Below, in pieces: positions 47,190 to 56,621 of a stretch of DNA of 64,000 nucleotides. The translations under genes and the position numbers were made by a program. The stretch lies in IMG/VR virus record IMGVR_UViG_3300024346_000010; one strand, written 5' to 3'. Position 1 is the stretch's first letter. Each line of letters opens with the position of its first letter. Below the pieces are notes generated by a model that saw nothing but the letters and a program-made list of their open reading frames with translations, did not search any database and was not told the origin of the DNA. The DNA comes from a virus.

Positions 47190-48170
47190 ATGAACTACAA
47201 AGATATCTTAGCAATGGGCGAGGCATATAAGAAAGTTGCTGAAGCCGGTTGCAAAACTCCTAAAAACGAAGCAATGGATCCAGTGGATGCCAAAGAACTT
47301 AAAGGTAAGCACAAAGACCGTAAAGACAAAGACATTGACAATGATGGTGATGTTGATAAGTCTGATGAGTATCTTCACAAGCGCCGCAAAGCTGTTTCTA
47401 AAGCCATGAAAGGTAAAGAAACCGAGACTGAAGTTCAAACTCAAGAATCAAAACTAATGACAAAAGCGCAGAAACGCGCTTTGCAGAATATTAAAGTGCA
47501 GCCAAAGGACAAAGTTTCTTTGAAGAAAGCTCCTTGGGATATGAAGAAAGAAGAAGCTGAAGAACTTGATGAGCTTTCACAAGATACTTTACGTAATTAT
47601 CATGGTGCTGCAGCTCTTGATCTTAGAAAGAAAAGAGAGAAACTTAATAAAGGTACTCTGACCTCTAAAGATTATAAGCAGGGGCAAAACCGCGTAACTG
47701 GTTTGAATAGAGCTGCTAATAAAATGGAAGAGGTAGAGATTGACGAAGCAACTGCCACAGTAAAACAACAAAAGACCCTCAAAGCTCTTATGACTAAAGC
47801 TCTTGATGGCAAACGCGCAAAGCCAGGAACAACATCTGCAATTGCCACTAATGGTGATTTTGTTGTTAAAGATAGCGGCAGCCGTATTATTGGTAGACTC
47901 AAAGCTGGTACTTACACTGATCCTTTGAAAGAAACAGTCGAAGAAGCTAAAGATCACGGTAATACAAACAACGGTTCTCCTGCAGGTGAAGGTCTTTCTC
48001 CTTCTGCAAAAAAAGAGCTTGAGCGTAAAACTCCTATGAATCCAGCAACAGATGCAGAAGCGGTAAACAATCTTAACTTTAAAACTTTTAAAGCTATGAT
48101 TAAAAAAGCGACGATGCGCTCAAAAGACAATGCGCAAGGTGACAAAACTCCACCAAAAACAGGAAAATAA
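47190..48170 (+). CDS. Modular charged protein (internal head protein-like) with EF-hand-like loop
   Basis: DIDNDGDVDKSDEYL; EELDELS, EVEIDEA. Confidence 0.7.
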   Translation: MNYKDILAMGEAYKKVAEAGCKTPKNEAMDPVDAKELKGKHKDRKDKDIDNDGDVDKSDEYLHKRRKAVSKAMKGKETETEVQTQESKLMTKAQKRALQNIKVQPKDKVSLKKAPWDMKKEEAEELDELSQDTLRNYHGAAALDLRKKREKLNKGTLTSKDYKQGQNRVTGLNRAANKMEEVEIDEATATVKQQKTLKALMTKALDGKRAKPGTTSAIATNGDFVVKDSGSRIIGRLKAGTYTDPLKETVEEAKDHGNTNNGSPAGEGLSPSAKKELERKTPMNPATDAEAVNNLNFKTFKAMIKKATMRSKDNAQGDKTPPKTGK

Positions 48171-48172
48171 TA

Positions 48173-48553
48173 ATGGCTATTACTCCTCCAGCATTTCAAA
48201 AAGACGCTGTCCCTTCATTGAAGGGATGGCATCATCCTAAGACGAATGAGCTTCTCAAGTCAACTCGTCACACCCAAGCTCAGATTGATGAGTTTAATGG
48301 TATTACAGCTGTCGAATCTCCAATTGCTATCGAAATTGCCGAAGTAGTTGAAGATGTAGTTACATTGCGCTGGGAGCAGCCTGTTGTTATTGCAGAAGGC
48401 ATCATAGATAGTACTAATGACATTCCTGATGATCTTGAAGCTATGACTAAAAGGCAACTTGAAGAATATGCCCGCGGCTTTGGCGTAGAACTTGACCTCA
48501 GTTTATCGAGAAAGGCACTATTAGACGAAGTACTCTCATTAGTAAAAAGATAA
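48173..48553 (+). CDS. Hypothetical protein with C-terminal HeH/Rho-N-like motif
   Basis: GWHHPKTNELL; MTKRQLEEYARGFGVELD. Confidence 0.65.
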   Translation: MAITPPAFQKDAVPSLKGWHHPKTNELLKSTRHTQAQIDEFNGITAVESPIAIEIAEVVEDVVTLRWEQPVVIAEGIIDSTNDIPDDLEAMTKRQLEEYARGFGVELDLSLSRKALLDEVLSLVKR

Positions 48554-48557
48554 TTAA

Positions 48558-48926
48558 ATGAATAATGATGATTTACTGGAAGAAGATCTAGTAATATTTG
48601 CAGCAAAACACTACTACTCACCTTTAGGTAAAATAGACCCTGAAGAGTTTTATGCAGATTTGAAAAGATTTAAATATATCAAGCGCCTTGTTAATAGGCA
48701 TTTGGAAACTGGTGCATTAGCAGAGCGCTTGATATTAAACCATCTTATAGTCATTTTCAATGTATTTGGAAACTATGGCGCTATTAGGATTTTAGGTTTA
48801 AAACTTACCGATGAGCAATGGACTGTAGTTAAGCCGTTTCTCCAGTTTTTGAAATATGTTCGTGATAACCAACTATCTGACATTGAATCAGATCAGATAG
48901 TAGTAGATAAACTTAAGAGGATATAA
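48558..48926 (+). CDS. Conserved T4-like hypothetical protein
   Basis: EEFYADLKRFKYIKRL, LILNHLI..FNVFG. Confidence 0.75.
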   Translation: MNNDDLLEEDLVIFAAKHYYSPLGKIDPEEFYADLKRFKYIKRLVNRHLETGALAERLILNHLIVIFNVFGNYGAIRILGLKLTDEQWTVVKPFLQFLKYVRDNQLSDIESDQIVVDKLKRI

Positions 48927-49522
48927 TGGGTATTATCAAACGCGCCGGTGATTTAGTCTATACATTTAGATTTCTCACATTGCTTACTACACCATTCGAT
49001 AAAACGAAAGCGTTTGAAGCTGGTATTATTGATGCTGATGGTAAACGCAACAAGCAATTTAATACAAATACTATTGAAGACCGCGACGCATATAAGAACT
49101 TTTATACTCCTTTCCATAGACTTGTATTTAATGTAAAACGTCTTATGGCCAAAGCGCCTGGTGGAAGCAGCAGTATTGCTTCATATGCTGCCGGCTTATA
49201 TCTTATTAAAGAAAACTATAGCGTATCAGAGAAGAAGATCCTTAAAGGTCTTGCCGATATTGGTATTGATTCAACAGATTTACTTGCAGAAGAAAATCAG
49301 TGGTTTGTATTAGAAAATAATCAGTTATCACCTGGCGTCTATATTTTAAAAAATGAAAAAATCATTGATAACGTTGATATAATGGTTGCCAAAGGATCTA
49401 AAGTTAAAGTCGCTGAAGATTCTTTCCCAGTTGGCGATATTTTTGGAATGAATATTTATGAAGCGACTCATATTAGGACAAATAAAAAAGTGTACATTAC
49501 TTCATCGGAGATTGTTAGATGA
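48926..49522 (+). CDS. Conserved T4-like hypothetical protein
   Basis: RFLTLLTTPF, GIIDADGK, TPFHRLVFNVKRL. Confidence 0.75.
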   Translation: MGIIKRAGDLVYTFRFLTLLTTPFDKTKAFEAGIIDADGKRNKQFNTNTIEDRDAYKNFYTPFHRLVFNVKRLMAKAPGGSSSIASYAAGLYLIKENYSVSEKKILKGLADIGIDSTDLLAEENQWFVLENNQLSPGVYILKNEKIIDNVDIMVAKGSKVKVAEDSFPVGDIFGMNIYEATHIRTNKKVYITSSEIVR

Positions 49523-50850
49523 AACCAGAATGTGAAAAATGCGCAGAATATGGCTCTGAGTTCTGTAAAGATTGCCTTAATGAAAAAGAAATAGAAAACG
49601 AGCATCCTAACTGCGGTACTCCTGATTGCTGCGGCGAATGTGAAACTGCTTTTTGTAATGATTGTTTAACTGAAAGCAAAATGACACAAGCGCAGCTAAG
49701 TTCACTAGAAAAAATTCTAGACAAAGCATTTGCCCGTCTTGGTATTGATATTAACTTCACTAAACACTTCTTTGATCGTGTAAACGATGTGCGTAACAAA
49801 GAGCAAATCACACCAAAAGAAATCGCTCTTTTGTTTAAAAAAGAATATGTGAAATACGGAAAGCCGATTTCAAAGTTGCCTCCTGGCTCGGAAGCTGTTA
49901 TGAAAGACCTTGAATCAGACATTAACATTCCATTCGTAATCAAATACGATGCAAAGAACAAAGAAATAGATTTGGTCGCAAAGACTATTATGCGTAAGAA
50001 AAACTTCACATCACCAGACAAAACATATCCCGTTGAGCAAGTCACACTTGATGAGGGTGTTAATGATCCAGCAATCTTTAAAGCAGTATTTCTTGCTGGT
50101 GGTCCAGGTTCTGGTAAGTCTTTTGTCGTGGGCAAAACAGCGCTCACTGCGCTTGGATTTAAAGTAGTTAACTCTGATGACGCATTTGAGCGTGGTCTTA
50201 AAAACGCAAATATGGATATGACTCCAGAGAATATCTACTCTCCAAAAGGTCAAGAGATTCGTAACAAAGCAAAAGCTCTTACAAAGAATAGACAGCAAGG
50301 TTATTTGAATGGTCGTCTCGGTCTTATCATTGATGGCACGGGCAAAGACTACGGAAAAATCACAAATCAAGCAGACGAACTCAAACGTCTAGGTTATGAA
50401 GTCGCTATGATTTTCGTTAACACAGATGAAGATACTGCACTCAAGCGCAATCAAACGCGCGGGCGTTCACTTCCAGACGCTACTGTATCAAAGATGTGGA
50501 AAGACGTTCAAAAGAACTTGGGTAAGTTTCAGAACTACTTTAGACAGAAAATATTTATTGTTGACAACTCAGAAGACTCGAATTTTGAGGGAGCTGTTAT
50601 GTCAACATACAAAGCTATATCTGCGTGGTCAAAAACAAAGCCAGCATCAAAAGCAGCGACTGGATGGATCAAAAGTCAACGTCCGGTAAAAGAAGAGCTT
50701 GGTATGACTACGGCATCTGCAGGCATTCCACAGGATACAAAAGACATGGGACCTCGTTTCAAAGCACACAATGTCACTGACAGACGCCGCAGAAAAGACA
50801 AGTCGCCAGTTGTTCTAAAAAGATTTAGGAAGTATATGGAAGAAAAATAA
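49519..50850 (+). CDS. Multidomain protein: Cys-rich N-terminus, middle domain, zeta-toxin/Pnk-like P-loop kinase
   Basis: CxxC repeats; LAGGPGSGKS; IIDGTG; ALKRN..R.R. Confidence 0.75.
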   Translation: MKPECEKCAEYGSEFCKDCLNEKEIENEHPNCGTPDCCGECETAFCNDCLTESKMTQAQLSSLEKILDKAFARLGIDINFTKHFFDRVNDVRNKEQITPKEIALLFKKEYVKYGKPISKLPPGSEAVMKDLESDINIPFVIKYDAKNKEIDLVAKTIMRKKNFTSPDKTYPVEQVTLDEGVNDPAIFKAVFLAGGPGSGKSFVVGKTALTALGFKVVNSDDAFERGLKNANMDMTPENIYSPKGQEIRNKAKALTKNRQQGYLNGRLGLIIDGTGKDYGKITNQADELKRLGYEVAMIFVNTDEDTALKRNQTRGRSLPDATVSKMWKDVQKNLGKFQNYFRQKIFIVDNSEDSNFEGAVMSTYKAISAWSKTKPASKAATGWIKSQRPVKEELGMTTASAGIPQDTKDMGPRFKAHNVTDRRRRKDKSPVVLKRFRKYMEEK

Positions 50851-51257
50851 TGCTTAAGATTTATATTTTTCTAGCAGTATTGGCAGTATTTGGTGGTATA
50901 GGTTACGGTGCATACGCATACTATACTAGCACTCAGGCAACTATTGCATTATTAAGAGAAAACAACACAAAGCTTGTTATTGCTGCAGAAACACTACAAG
51001 ATACTATTGATCAAATGGAAGCGAACCAAGCTCGAAATGAAGAACTTAATAAAGAGTTATCTTCTGCTCTTCAGAAAGCTGAAGGTAAACTTGACGGACT
51101 TCGTAAACGTTTTAGTCAAATTGATATTGTTCGTGAAGCTCAAGCTGAACCAGACAAAATGGCAGAGAGAATCAATCGTGCCGTTGATAGACTTAGAGAG
51201 GAATTGATGAATGAAACATCTACTGTGGATAGTTCCAGCAACACTGATTCTGAGTAG
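50850..51257 (+). CDS. i-spanin (Rz-like)
   Basis: N-terminal TM, coiled coil, overlaps lipoprotein gene. Confidence 0.7.
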   Translation: MLKIYIFLAVLAVFGGIGYGAYAYYTSTQATIALLRENNTKLVIAAETLQDTIDQMEANQARNEELNKELSSALQKAEGKLDGLRKRFSQIDIVREAQAEPDKMAERINRAVDRLREELMNETSTVDSSSNTDSE

Positions 51258-51573
51258 TTGCGGTGCGGGGTCTATTGACGAAAAGATCGTAACGCAAACA
51301 AAATACACAAAGCAAAATATTCAGATTCAAGAGAGACCTAAACCTGTTGACTTTCCTGATACTGAATGGTTTGTGGTATCAGAAGAAAACTTTGATGAAG
51401 CCATAAAGAAAATTGAAGAACATGGTGGATCAGTTACCTTTATGGCTATTACGCCTAAGGGTTATGAAAACCTATCTATCGGTGTGGCCGAACTCCGTAG
51501 ATATATCCTTCAACAGAAGGAAATTATTGCTTACTATGAAAAAGCAATAGAAGGCCCTACCCCTAAAAAATAA
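51211..51573 (+). CDS. o-spanin (Rz1-like lipoprotein)
   Basis: Lipobox LSSC, RYILQQKEII.YY. Confidence 0.7.
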   Translation: MKHLLWIVPATLILSSCGAGSIDEKIVTQTKYTKQNIQIQERPKPVDFPDTEWFVVSEENFDEAIKKIEEHGGSVTFMAITPKGYENLSIGVAELRRYILQQKEIIAYYEKAIEGPTPKK

Positions 51574-51650
51574 TACAATATGTAGTAACATTTTATCTGG
51601 TTTCTGTAATAAACGCGGTTTACGGAAACCATAAAGCAATATATAATACT
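51573..51650 (+). promoter_or_regulatory. nrd promoter with inverted repeat and NrdR-box-like sites
   Basis: TTTACG-N17-TATAAT; TGGTTTCTGTAA/TTACGGAAACCA; ATACAATATGTAGT. Confidence 0.5.
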
Positions 51651-51730
51651 ACCATAGACAATTTAAAATGTTTCAGAATAGCAATATTCTGAGGGGCCGC
51701 CTTATTCGCTTTTTGCTGCAGGAGAAATAG

Positions 51731-52699
51731 ATGCTATTCGAAGAACAAATTTCCAGAAAACCAAATCACTATCCATGGACTAATGACTTTATTGAGGCCA
51801 TTTGGAGTGGCTTTTGGACGCCTGAAGAGTTTAATTTTACGTCAGACTATTCTAATTTTAAGACAGATATGAATGCTCAAGAGAGACAAATTCTAATCCG
51901 TACACTTTCTGCCATTGGCCAAATTGAAGTAGCTGTTAAGACTTTTTGGTCTAACCTAGGCGATAACTTGCCACATCCCGCGTTGCGCGATCTCGGTTAT
52001 GCGATGGGCAACTCAGAAGTTATTCACAATATGGCATATGAGAAACTCCTAGAAGTTCTACAGCTAAATGATATCTTTGAAGAAAATCTAAAAGATCCGG
52101 TTGTATCTGGACGTGTGGATTATTTGCGTAAGTACCTATCAAAGGTTTACAAAGATGATAAAAAGCAGTATATTTACGCTATCACACTATTCACTTTGTT
52201 TGTTGAAAATGTATCACTATTCTCACAGTTCTATATCATTCTTCATATGAATAAGAATAAAGGTATTCTCAAAGATACAGCACAGCAAGTAAAGTATACG
52301 CGTAACGAAGAAATGTTGCATGCTCAAGTTGGTATTAAACTGATCAATACAATGCGTCAAGAATACCCAGAGCTTTTTGACGCTGAAATGGAAGAGCGTA
52401 TTGCTCATGAGTGTGAAGAGTCTATTCGTTGCGAATCAGAAGTAATCCGTTGGATTATGGGCGATTACGAAGAAAAGGGTTTGAACTCAGATATTCTTGT
52501 CGAGTTCATTAAAAAACGTATGGTTGAGTCACTAGAGCAAATTGGCTTTAACCACAATATTACATATGACGAACATCTGATTAAGGAAACCAAGTGGTTT
52601 GACGAGGGTTTATACGGAACCAACATGGTTGACTTTTTCAATGGCAGACCAGTAGACTATGCCCGTGGTCAAGGCATCTCAGCAGACGATTTATTTTAA
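51731..52699 (+). CDS. nrdB: Class I ribonucleotide reductase beta subunit
   Basis: FWTPEE, EVIHNMAY, ENVSLFSQF, EEMLH, DFF..RPVDY. Confidence 0.93.
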   Translation: MLFEEQISRKPNHYPWTNDFIEAIWSGFWTPEEFNFTSDYSNFKTDMNAQERQILIRTLSAIGQIEVAVKTFWSNLGDNLPHPALRDLGYAMGNSEVIHNMAYEKLLEVLQLNDIFEENLKDPVVSGRVDYLRKYLSKVYKDDKKQYIYAITLFTLFVENVSLFSQFYIILHMNKNKGILKDTAQQVKYTRNEEMLHAQVGIKLINTMRQEYPELFDAEMEERIAHECEESIRCESEVIRWIMGDYEEKGLNSDILVEFIKKRMVESLEQIGFNHNITYDEHLIKETKWFDEGLYGTNMVDFFNGRPVDYARGQGISADDLF

Positions 52700-52709
52700 G
52701 GAAACATAA

Positions 52710-54353
52710 ATGGCATTTAAATGGCTAAACAATGACTCACGGACATTCCTCAGCCGTGGGTATCTACAACCAGGCGTGACTCCTGAAAACCGCATCCGTA
52801 AAATTGCTGAAGCGGCTGAAGAAATTCTAGATCAACCTGGCTTTGCCAAAAAGTTCTATGACTATATGAGTATGGGGTTTTATAGCCTATCCTCTCCAGT
52901 ATGGTCAAACTTCGGGGAAGAAACAGGACTTCCGATTTCGTGTAATGGCGTTTTGGTTGAAGACTCTATTGAAGAGATCCTACAAAAAACAGCAGAAGTA
53001 GGTGTACAGACAAAGCTTGGAGCTGGAACATCTGGGTTCTTTGGCAACATTCGACCTCGTGGAAGTCACATTAAAGGAGGAGGAAAAGCTGATGGACCTG
53101 TTCATTACCTACGCATGTTTGACGTTGGCACTGACGTTATTTCTCAAGGTACCACTCGCCGTGGGGCTTTTGCTGGTTATCTTAACATTGATCACCCTGA
53201 TATCATGGAATTCCTAGAGATCCGTGAACCTGGTGCAGAAATTCAAAATATCAGTCTAGGCATAACCATTCCCGATGAGTGGATGCAATCTATGATTGAT
53301 GGAGATACAGACAAGCGTAATATTTGGGCAGCAGTGCTTCGTAAACGTAAAGAAACTGGCTACCCATATCTGTTCTTCTCTGATACGGTTAATGATAACA
53401 AACCTCAGGTTCTTAAAGACAAAAACCTTCCCATTTGGGCATCAAACCTTTGTTCAGAAATTGCACTTCCATCAAGTGTAGAATGGACATTTGTATGTAA
53501 CCTATCATCTATGAACCTTGCTACATGGGATAAGTGGAAGTATACTGATGCGGTTGAAACGCTGACTTATTTCCTTGATGCTGTTATGGAAGAATATATC
53601 CGTAAGACAGATGGGCTACGTTTCATGGAATCAGCTAACTTGTTTGCAAAGACTTGGCGAGCACTCGGTATTGGTCAGCTTGGTTGGCATACACTTCTAC
53701 AAAAGAAACGTATCCCGTTTGAGTCATTCCGTGCCCTTGAACTTACTGAAGAAATTAGTAAGTTTATTGACGAGAAATCTCTTGAAGCTTCTAAAGAGAT
53801 GGCAGAGGAATATGGCGTTCCTTCAGGCCTTATGGGATATGGTATTCGTAACCTTACACGTTGTGCTATTGCTCCTACAACATCTTCTAGCTTTATTCTT
53901 GGACAAGTATCACCATCAATTGAACCACTTGCATCAAACTATTTTGTAAAAGATCTTGCTAAAGGTTCATTCACTTATAAGAACCCGCATCTTATGGCAG
54001 TTCTAGAAGGATATTCTAAGAACAATGATGAAACGTGGGATAGCATTTTGATGAAGAAAGGTTCTGTACAACACTTGGACTTCTTGACGCAGAACGAACG
54101 TGATGTGTTTAAAACTTTCTCTGAGATTAGTCCTATTAACGTAGTACAACAAGCCGCTGCAAGACAGACATATATAGATCAGAGCCAGTCTTTGAACTTG
54201 ATGATTCCGCCTTCAGCTTCTGCTAAAGATGTTAACGCGTTGATTATTGAGGGATGGCGGCTTGGCATTAAAACATTTTATTACCAGCGGTCGTCAAATC
54301 CTGCACAGGAACTTGTTAGGGATATTTTGACATGCGTCAGTTGCGAGGCATAA
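52710..54353 (+). CDS. nrdA: Class I ribonucleotide reductase alpha subunit (no ATP cone)
   Basis: PISC, SNLCSEI, VCNLSS, APTTSSS, DQSQSLN, KTFYY, C-terminal CVSCE. Confidence 0.95.
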   Translation: MAFKWLNNDSRTFLSRGYLQPGVTPENRIRKIAEAAEEILDQPGFAKKFYDYMSMGFYSLSSPVWSNFGEETGLPISCNGVLVEDSIEEILQKTAEVGVQTKLGAGTSGFFGNIRPRGSHIKGGGKADGPVHYLRMFDVGTDVISQGTTRRGAFAGYLNIDHPDIMEFLEIREPGAEIQNISLGITIPDEWMQSMIDGDTDKRNIWAAVLRKRKETGYPYLFFSDTVNDNKPQVLKDKNLPIWASNLCSEIALPSSVEWTFVCNLSSMNLATWDKWKYTDAVETLTYFLDAVMEEYIRKTDGLRFMESANLFAKTWRALGIGQLGWHTLLQKKRIPFESFRALELTEEISKFIDEKSLEASKEMAEEYGVPSGLMGYGIRNLTRCAIAPTTSSSFILGQVSPSIEPLASNYFVKDLAKGSFTYKNPHLMAVLEGYSKNNDETWDSILMKKGSVQHLDFLTQNERDVFKTFSEISPINVVQQAAARQTYIDQSQSLNLMIPPSASAKDVNALIIEGWRLGIKTFYYQRSSNPAQELVRDILTCVSCEA

Positions 54354-54354
54354 A

Positions 54355-54510
54355 TTGAAAATAGCAGAATATATTTGCGAATGTGATTACTGCGGCTCGG
54401 AAACCCGAGTCGTGGTAATTAACGAAAGAGAAGAACCATTGTTTTGTTCTATGTGTGGCCAAGAATCTGGCCATGCTTTCCTTGATGGAGAAGAAGATAG
54501 CGATGACTAA
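54355..54510 (+). CDS. Small zinc-ribbon protein (51 aa)
   Basis: Own translation: CDYCG...FCSMCG, acidic tail. Confidence 0.6.
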   Translation: MKIAEYICECDYCGSETRVVVINEREEPLFCSMCGQESGHAFLDGEEDSDD

Positions 54511-55072
54511 CTATCACATACTGAAAAACTTACCTCAAGAATTTTTAGATTTAATAAAAGAAGAATGGCTAATTGCCAAACCAAATCTTAAAAATTCTGC
54601 TGATTTTCGCTATGTAGTTGCTGATAAAAATCAGGATTATGTGCTTATTAATAAATCTCATAAAATTTATGACATTGTAAATAAATTTATTAGTGTTCCA
54701 CATGAAGGTTTGTCATTCCTCATTAATAATCCAAATACCGGGTTGGGTCCAGTCCATATTGATGCTTCAAGAATGTGTGCAATTAATATTCCGCTTGAAG
54801 TAGACTTTATTAACTCGTGTTTTTTTATTGAAAATCAGGAATGCACTGAAAGACCATTCCATAACCAAGATGGACAATTGCATCCCGGAACTAAGCGATT
54901 TTTATATGAACCTCAAAAATATGATTATTATAACTCTAGAGAACCAGTGTTAATGAATACTAAAAAGACTCATGGTTTTTTTAATTATTCAAATAATTCG
55001 CGTGTACTGTTTAGTATCTCATTTACACGACCATACGAGGAAGTATTATCGGAGATAATTAGCAATGACTGA
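54503..55072 (+). CDS. Cupin/2OG-oxygenase-like protein
   Basis: PVHID, AINIP, THGFFN, RVLFSISF. Confidence 0.6.
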   Translation: MTNYHILKNLPQEFLDLIKEEWLIAKPNLKNSADFRYVVADKNQDYVLINKSHKIYDIVNKFISVPHEGLSFLINNPNTGLGPVHIDASRMCAINIPLEVDFINSCFFIENQECTERPFHNQDGQLHPGTKRFLYEPQKYDYYNSREPVLMNTKKTHGFFNYSNNSRVLFSISFTRPYEEVLSEIISND

Positions 55073-55664
55073 ATATAACAAATATCCAAATATGAAAATC
55101 CTACATAATATGCCGCAAGATTTTATTGATCTTTGCGTCAATTTATGGGAAACAACTAAAGATGACGCTGTAAATGGACTTAATGGCAACAGAATTTACG
55201 TCGACGATCACGTGGAAAAGTTTATTGAGTTTAATTCTGAAGAATTAAACAGCCGCTTTGAAGAAATATTTGGTCTTAAAGTTTGGGGAACTATGTGGCT
55301 TATAAGTCATGCTAATATAGGAATGGTGCCTATTCATATTGATAGCAATAGGCCTGTTGGAATTAATATCCCCATATCAGTAGATTTAAATAATAGCTGC
55401 TTTTTTATTGCAAATCAGGAATGCACGCGACGAGCCCTATATCCCGGAGAAGTTCCAGAAGATAGAGTTGAACATGCTGTAAGATACGAATATGAGCCTG
55501 AGAAATACGATTGGTATAATGTAGAAAAACCTTTAATACTTAATGCATGGGCCGCGCATGGATATTTTAATCGAGCGAAAGAACGGCGAGTAATGCTAAG
55601 TATTTCCGTTGAAGGATTGTATGAGGAAATTTTACCTAAGATCCCGCTTGAGTTATACACCTAG
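55065..55664 (+). CDS. Cupin/2OG-oxygenase-like protein (tandem paralog)
   Basis: PIHID, GINIP, NSCFFI.NQECT.R shared, AHGYFN. Confidence 0.6.
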   Translation: MTEYNKYPNMKILHNMPQDFIDLCVNLWETTKDDAVNGLNGNRIYVDDHVEKFIEFNSEELNSRFEEIFGLKVWGTMWLISHANIGMVPIHIDSNRPVGINIPISVDLNNSCFFIANQECTRRALYPGEVPEDRVEHAVRYEYEPEKYDWYNVEKPLILNAWAAHGYFNRAKERRVMLSISVEGLYEEILPKIPLELYT

Positions 55665-55718
55665 TTTAGCGTTCCATATATAGTACGTAATGACACTTAA
55701 TGGATTGTTGACGAACAT

Positions 55719-56135
55719 ATGTGGTACTATAATAATGAGGCCTACGAGCCGTCTGAAGGAGACCTAAAAGAGTGGGTGGGATTTGTTTATGTTATTACCG
55801 ATAAATCCAATAATAAGATGTATGTTGGAAAGAAGACGTTTTGGTCTAAACGAACATTACCGCCGCTCAAAGGCAAAACCCGTAAAAGAAGAAGCGTTGT
55901 TGAATCAGATTGGAAATCCTATTATGGATCCTCCGATCTGGTTAAGCAATTGTTACTTGAGGCCGGGGAACAGAACTTCCATCGTGAAATATTATACTTT
56001 TGTAAATCGAAGGGAGAGATGGGATATCTCGAAGCCAAAGAGCAGTTTGATAGAAATGTATTGTTAGATGATAACTATTACAATGGCATCATTAACTGCA
56101 AAATACACAGAAGCCATGTAAAAAGTTTAAAATAA
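55719..56135 (+). CDS. GIY-YIG nuclease-like protein
   Basis: GFVY...YVGKK, YYGSS, FHREIL, YYN. Confidence 0.75.
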   Translation: MWYYNNEAYEPSEGDLKEWVGFVYVITDKSNNKMYVGKKTFWSKRTLPPLKGKTRKRRSVVESDWKSYYGSSDLVKQLLLEAGEQNFHREILYFCKSKGEMGYLEAKEQFDRNVLLDDNYYNGIINCKIHRSHVKSLK

Positions 56136-56140
56136 AAATT

Positions 56141-56180
56141 ATATTTAGGTGTTTACAACTAAATATTCCTATGGTATAAC
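56141..56180 (+). promoter_or_regulatory. Stem-loop early promoter
   Basis: ATATTTAG..TTTACA.CTAAATAT; -10 TATAAC. Confidence 0.65.
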
Positions 56181-56204
56181 AGTTATATCAAAAGGAGACA
56201 TACA

Positions 56205-56552
56205 ATGATCACCATCCACCAAATCAAACTTACCGAAGATCAAATTGCGGCAGTAAATCACGGAACAGTAGTTCCTGCCTTTGAAGCAAAAATGAGTGTT
56301 CAACTTGACGCCAAGAAATTTAAGACTGAAAATTTTAAATTCTATACAGAAACAGTCTCGGTGGATACTGATGATCTTGAAGTTGCCTTTGAAGCTACAA
56401 ACTTGTGGAATATGCCACAGATTACAAAAAAATTCAGTGATGCTGTCTACTCATCTTCAGTAGGTGATATTTTCCAGAAAGGTGATAGATACTTTATGGT
56501 TGATACCTTTGGATTTAAAGAGCTTTACTTCTTCGCAGATGAGCTTATCTAA
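56205..56552 (+). CDS. Early hypothetical protein
   Basis: AAGGAG RBS; SSSVGDI...FMVDTFGF. Confidence 0.7.
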   Translation: MITIHQIKLTEDQIAAVNHGTVVPAFEAKMSVQLDAKKFKTENFKFYTETVSVDTDDLEVAFEATNLWNMPQITKKFSDAVYSSSVGDIFQKGDRYFMVDTFGFKELYFFADELI

Positions 56553-56555
56553 ATT

Positions 56556-56594
56556 ATAGGCAGGGTTTACATTCCCTGCCTATTTTAGTATAAT
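56556..56594 (+). promoter_or_regulatory. Stem-loop promoter
   Basis: ATAGGCAGGG-TTTACATT-CCCTGCCTAT; -10 TATAAT at 17 bp. Confidence 0.75.
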
Positions 56595-56621
56595 GTATAG
56601 ATTAAACAAAGGAAGTATATA

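Noticed and set aside
53002-53949. +1 frame ORFs inside nrdA (also 9623-9940 in gene 43 and 55783-56067)
   Set aside because: Mostly Leu/Ile/Met-rich products expected from T-ending codons, without a convincing SD or a sharp composition boundary
55719-56135. Intron-encoded or mobile homing endonuclease
   Set aside because: Free-standing, short, no DNA-binding tail; nrdA, nrdB, 43 and thyX are uninterrupted
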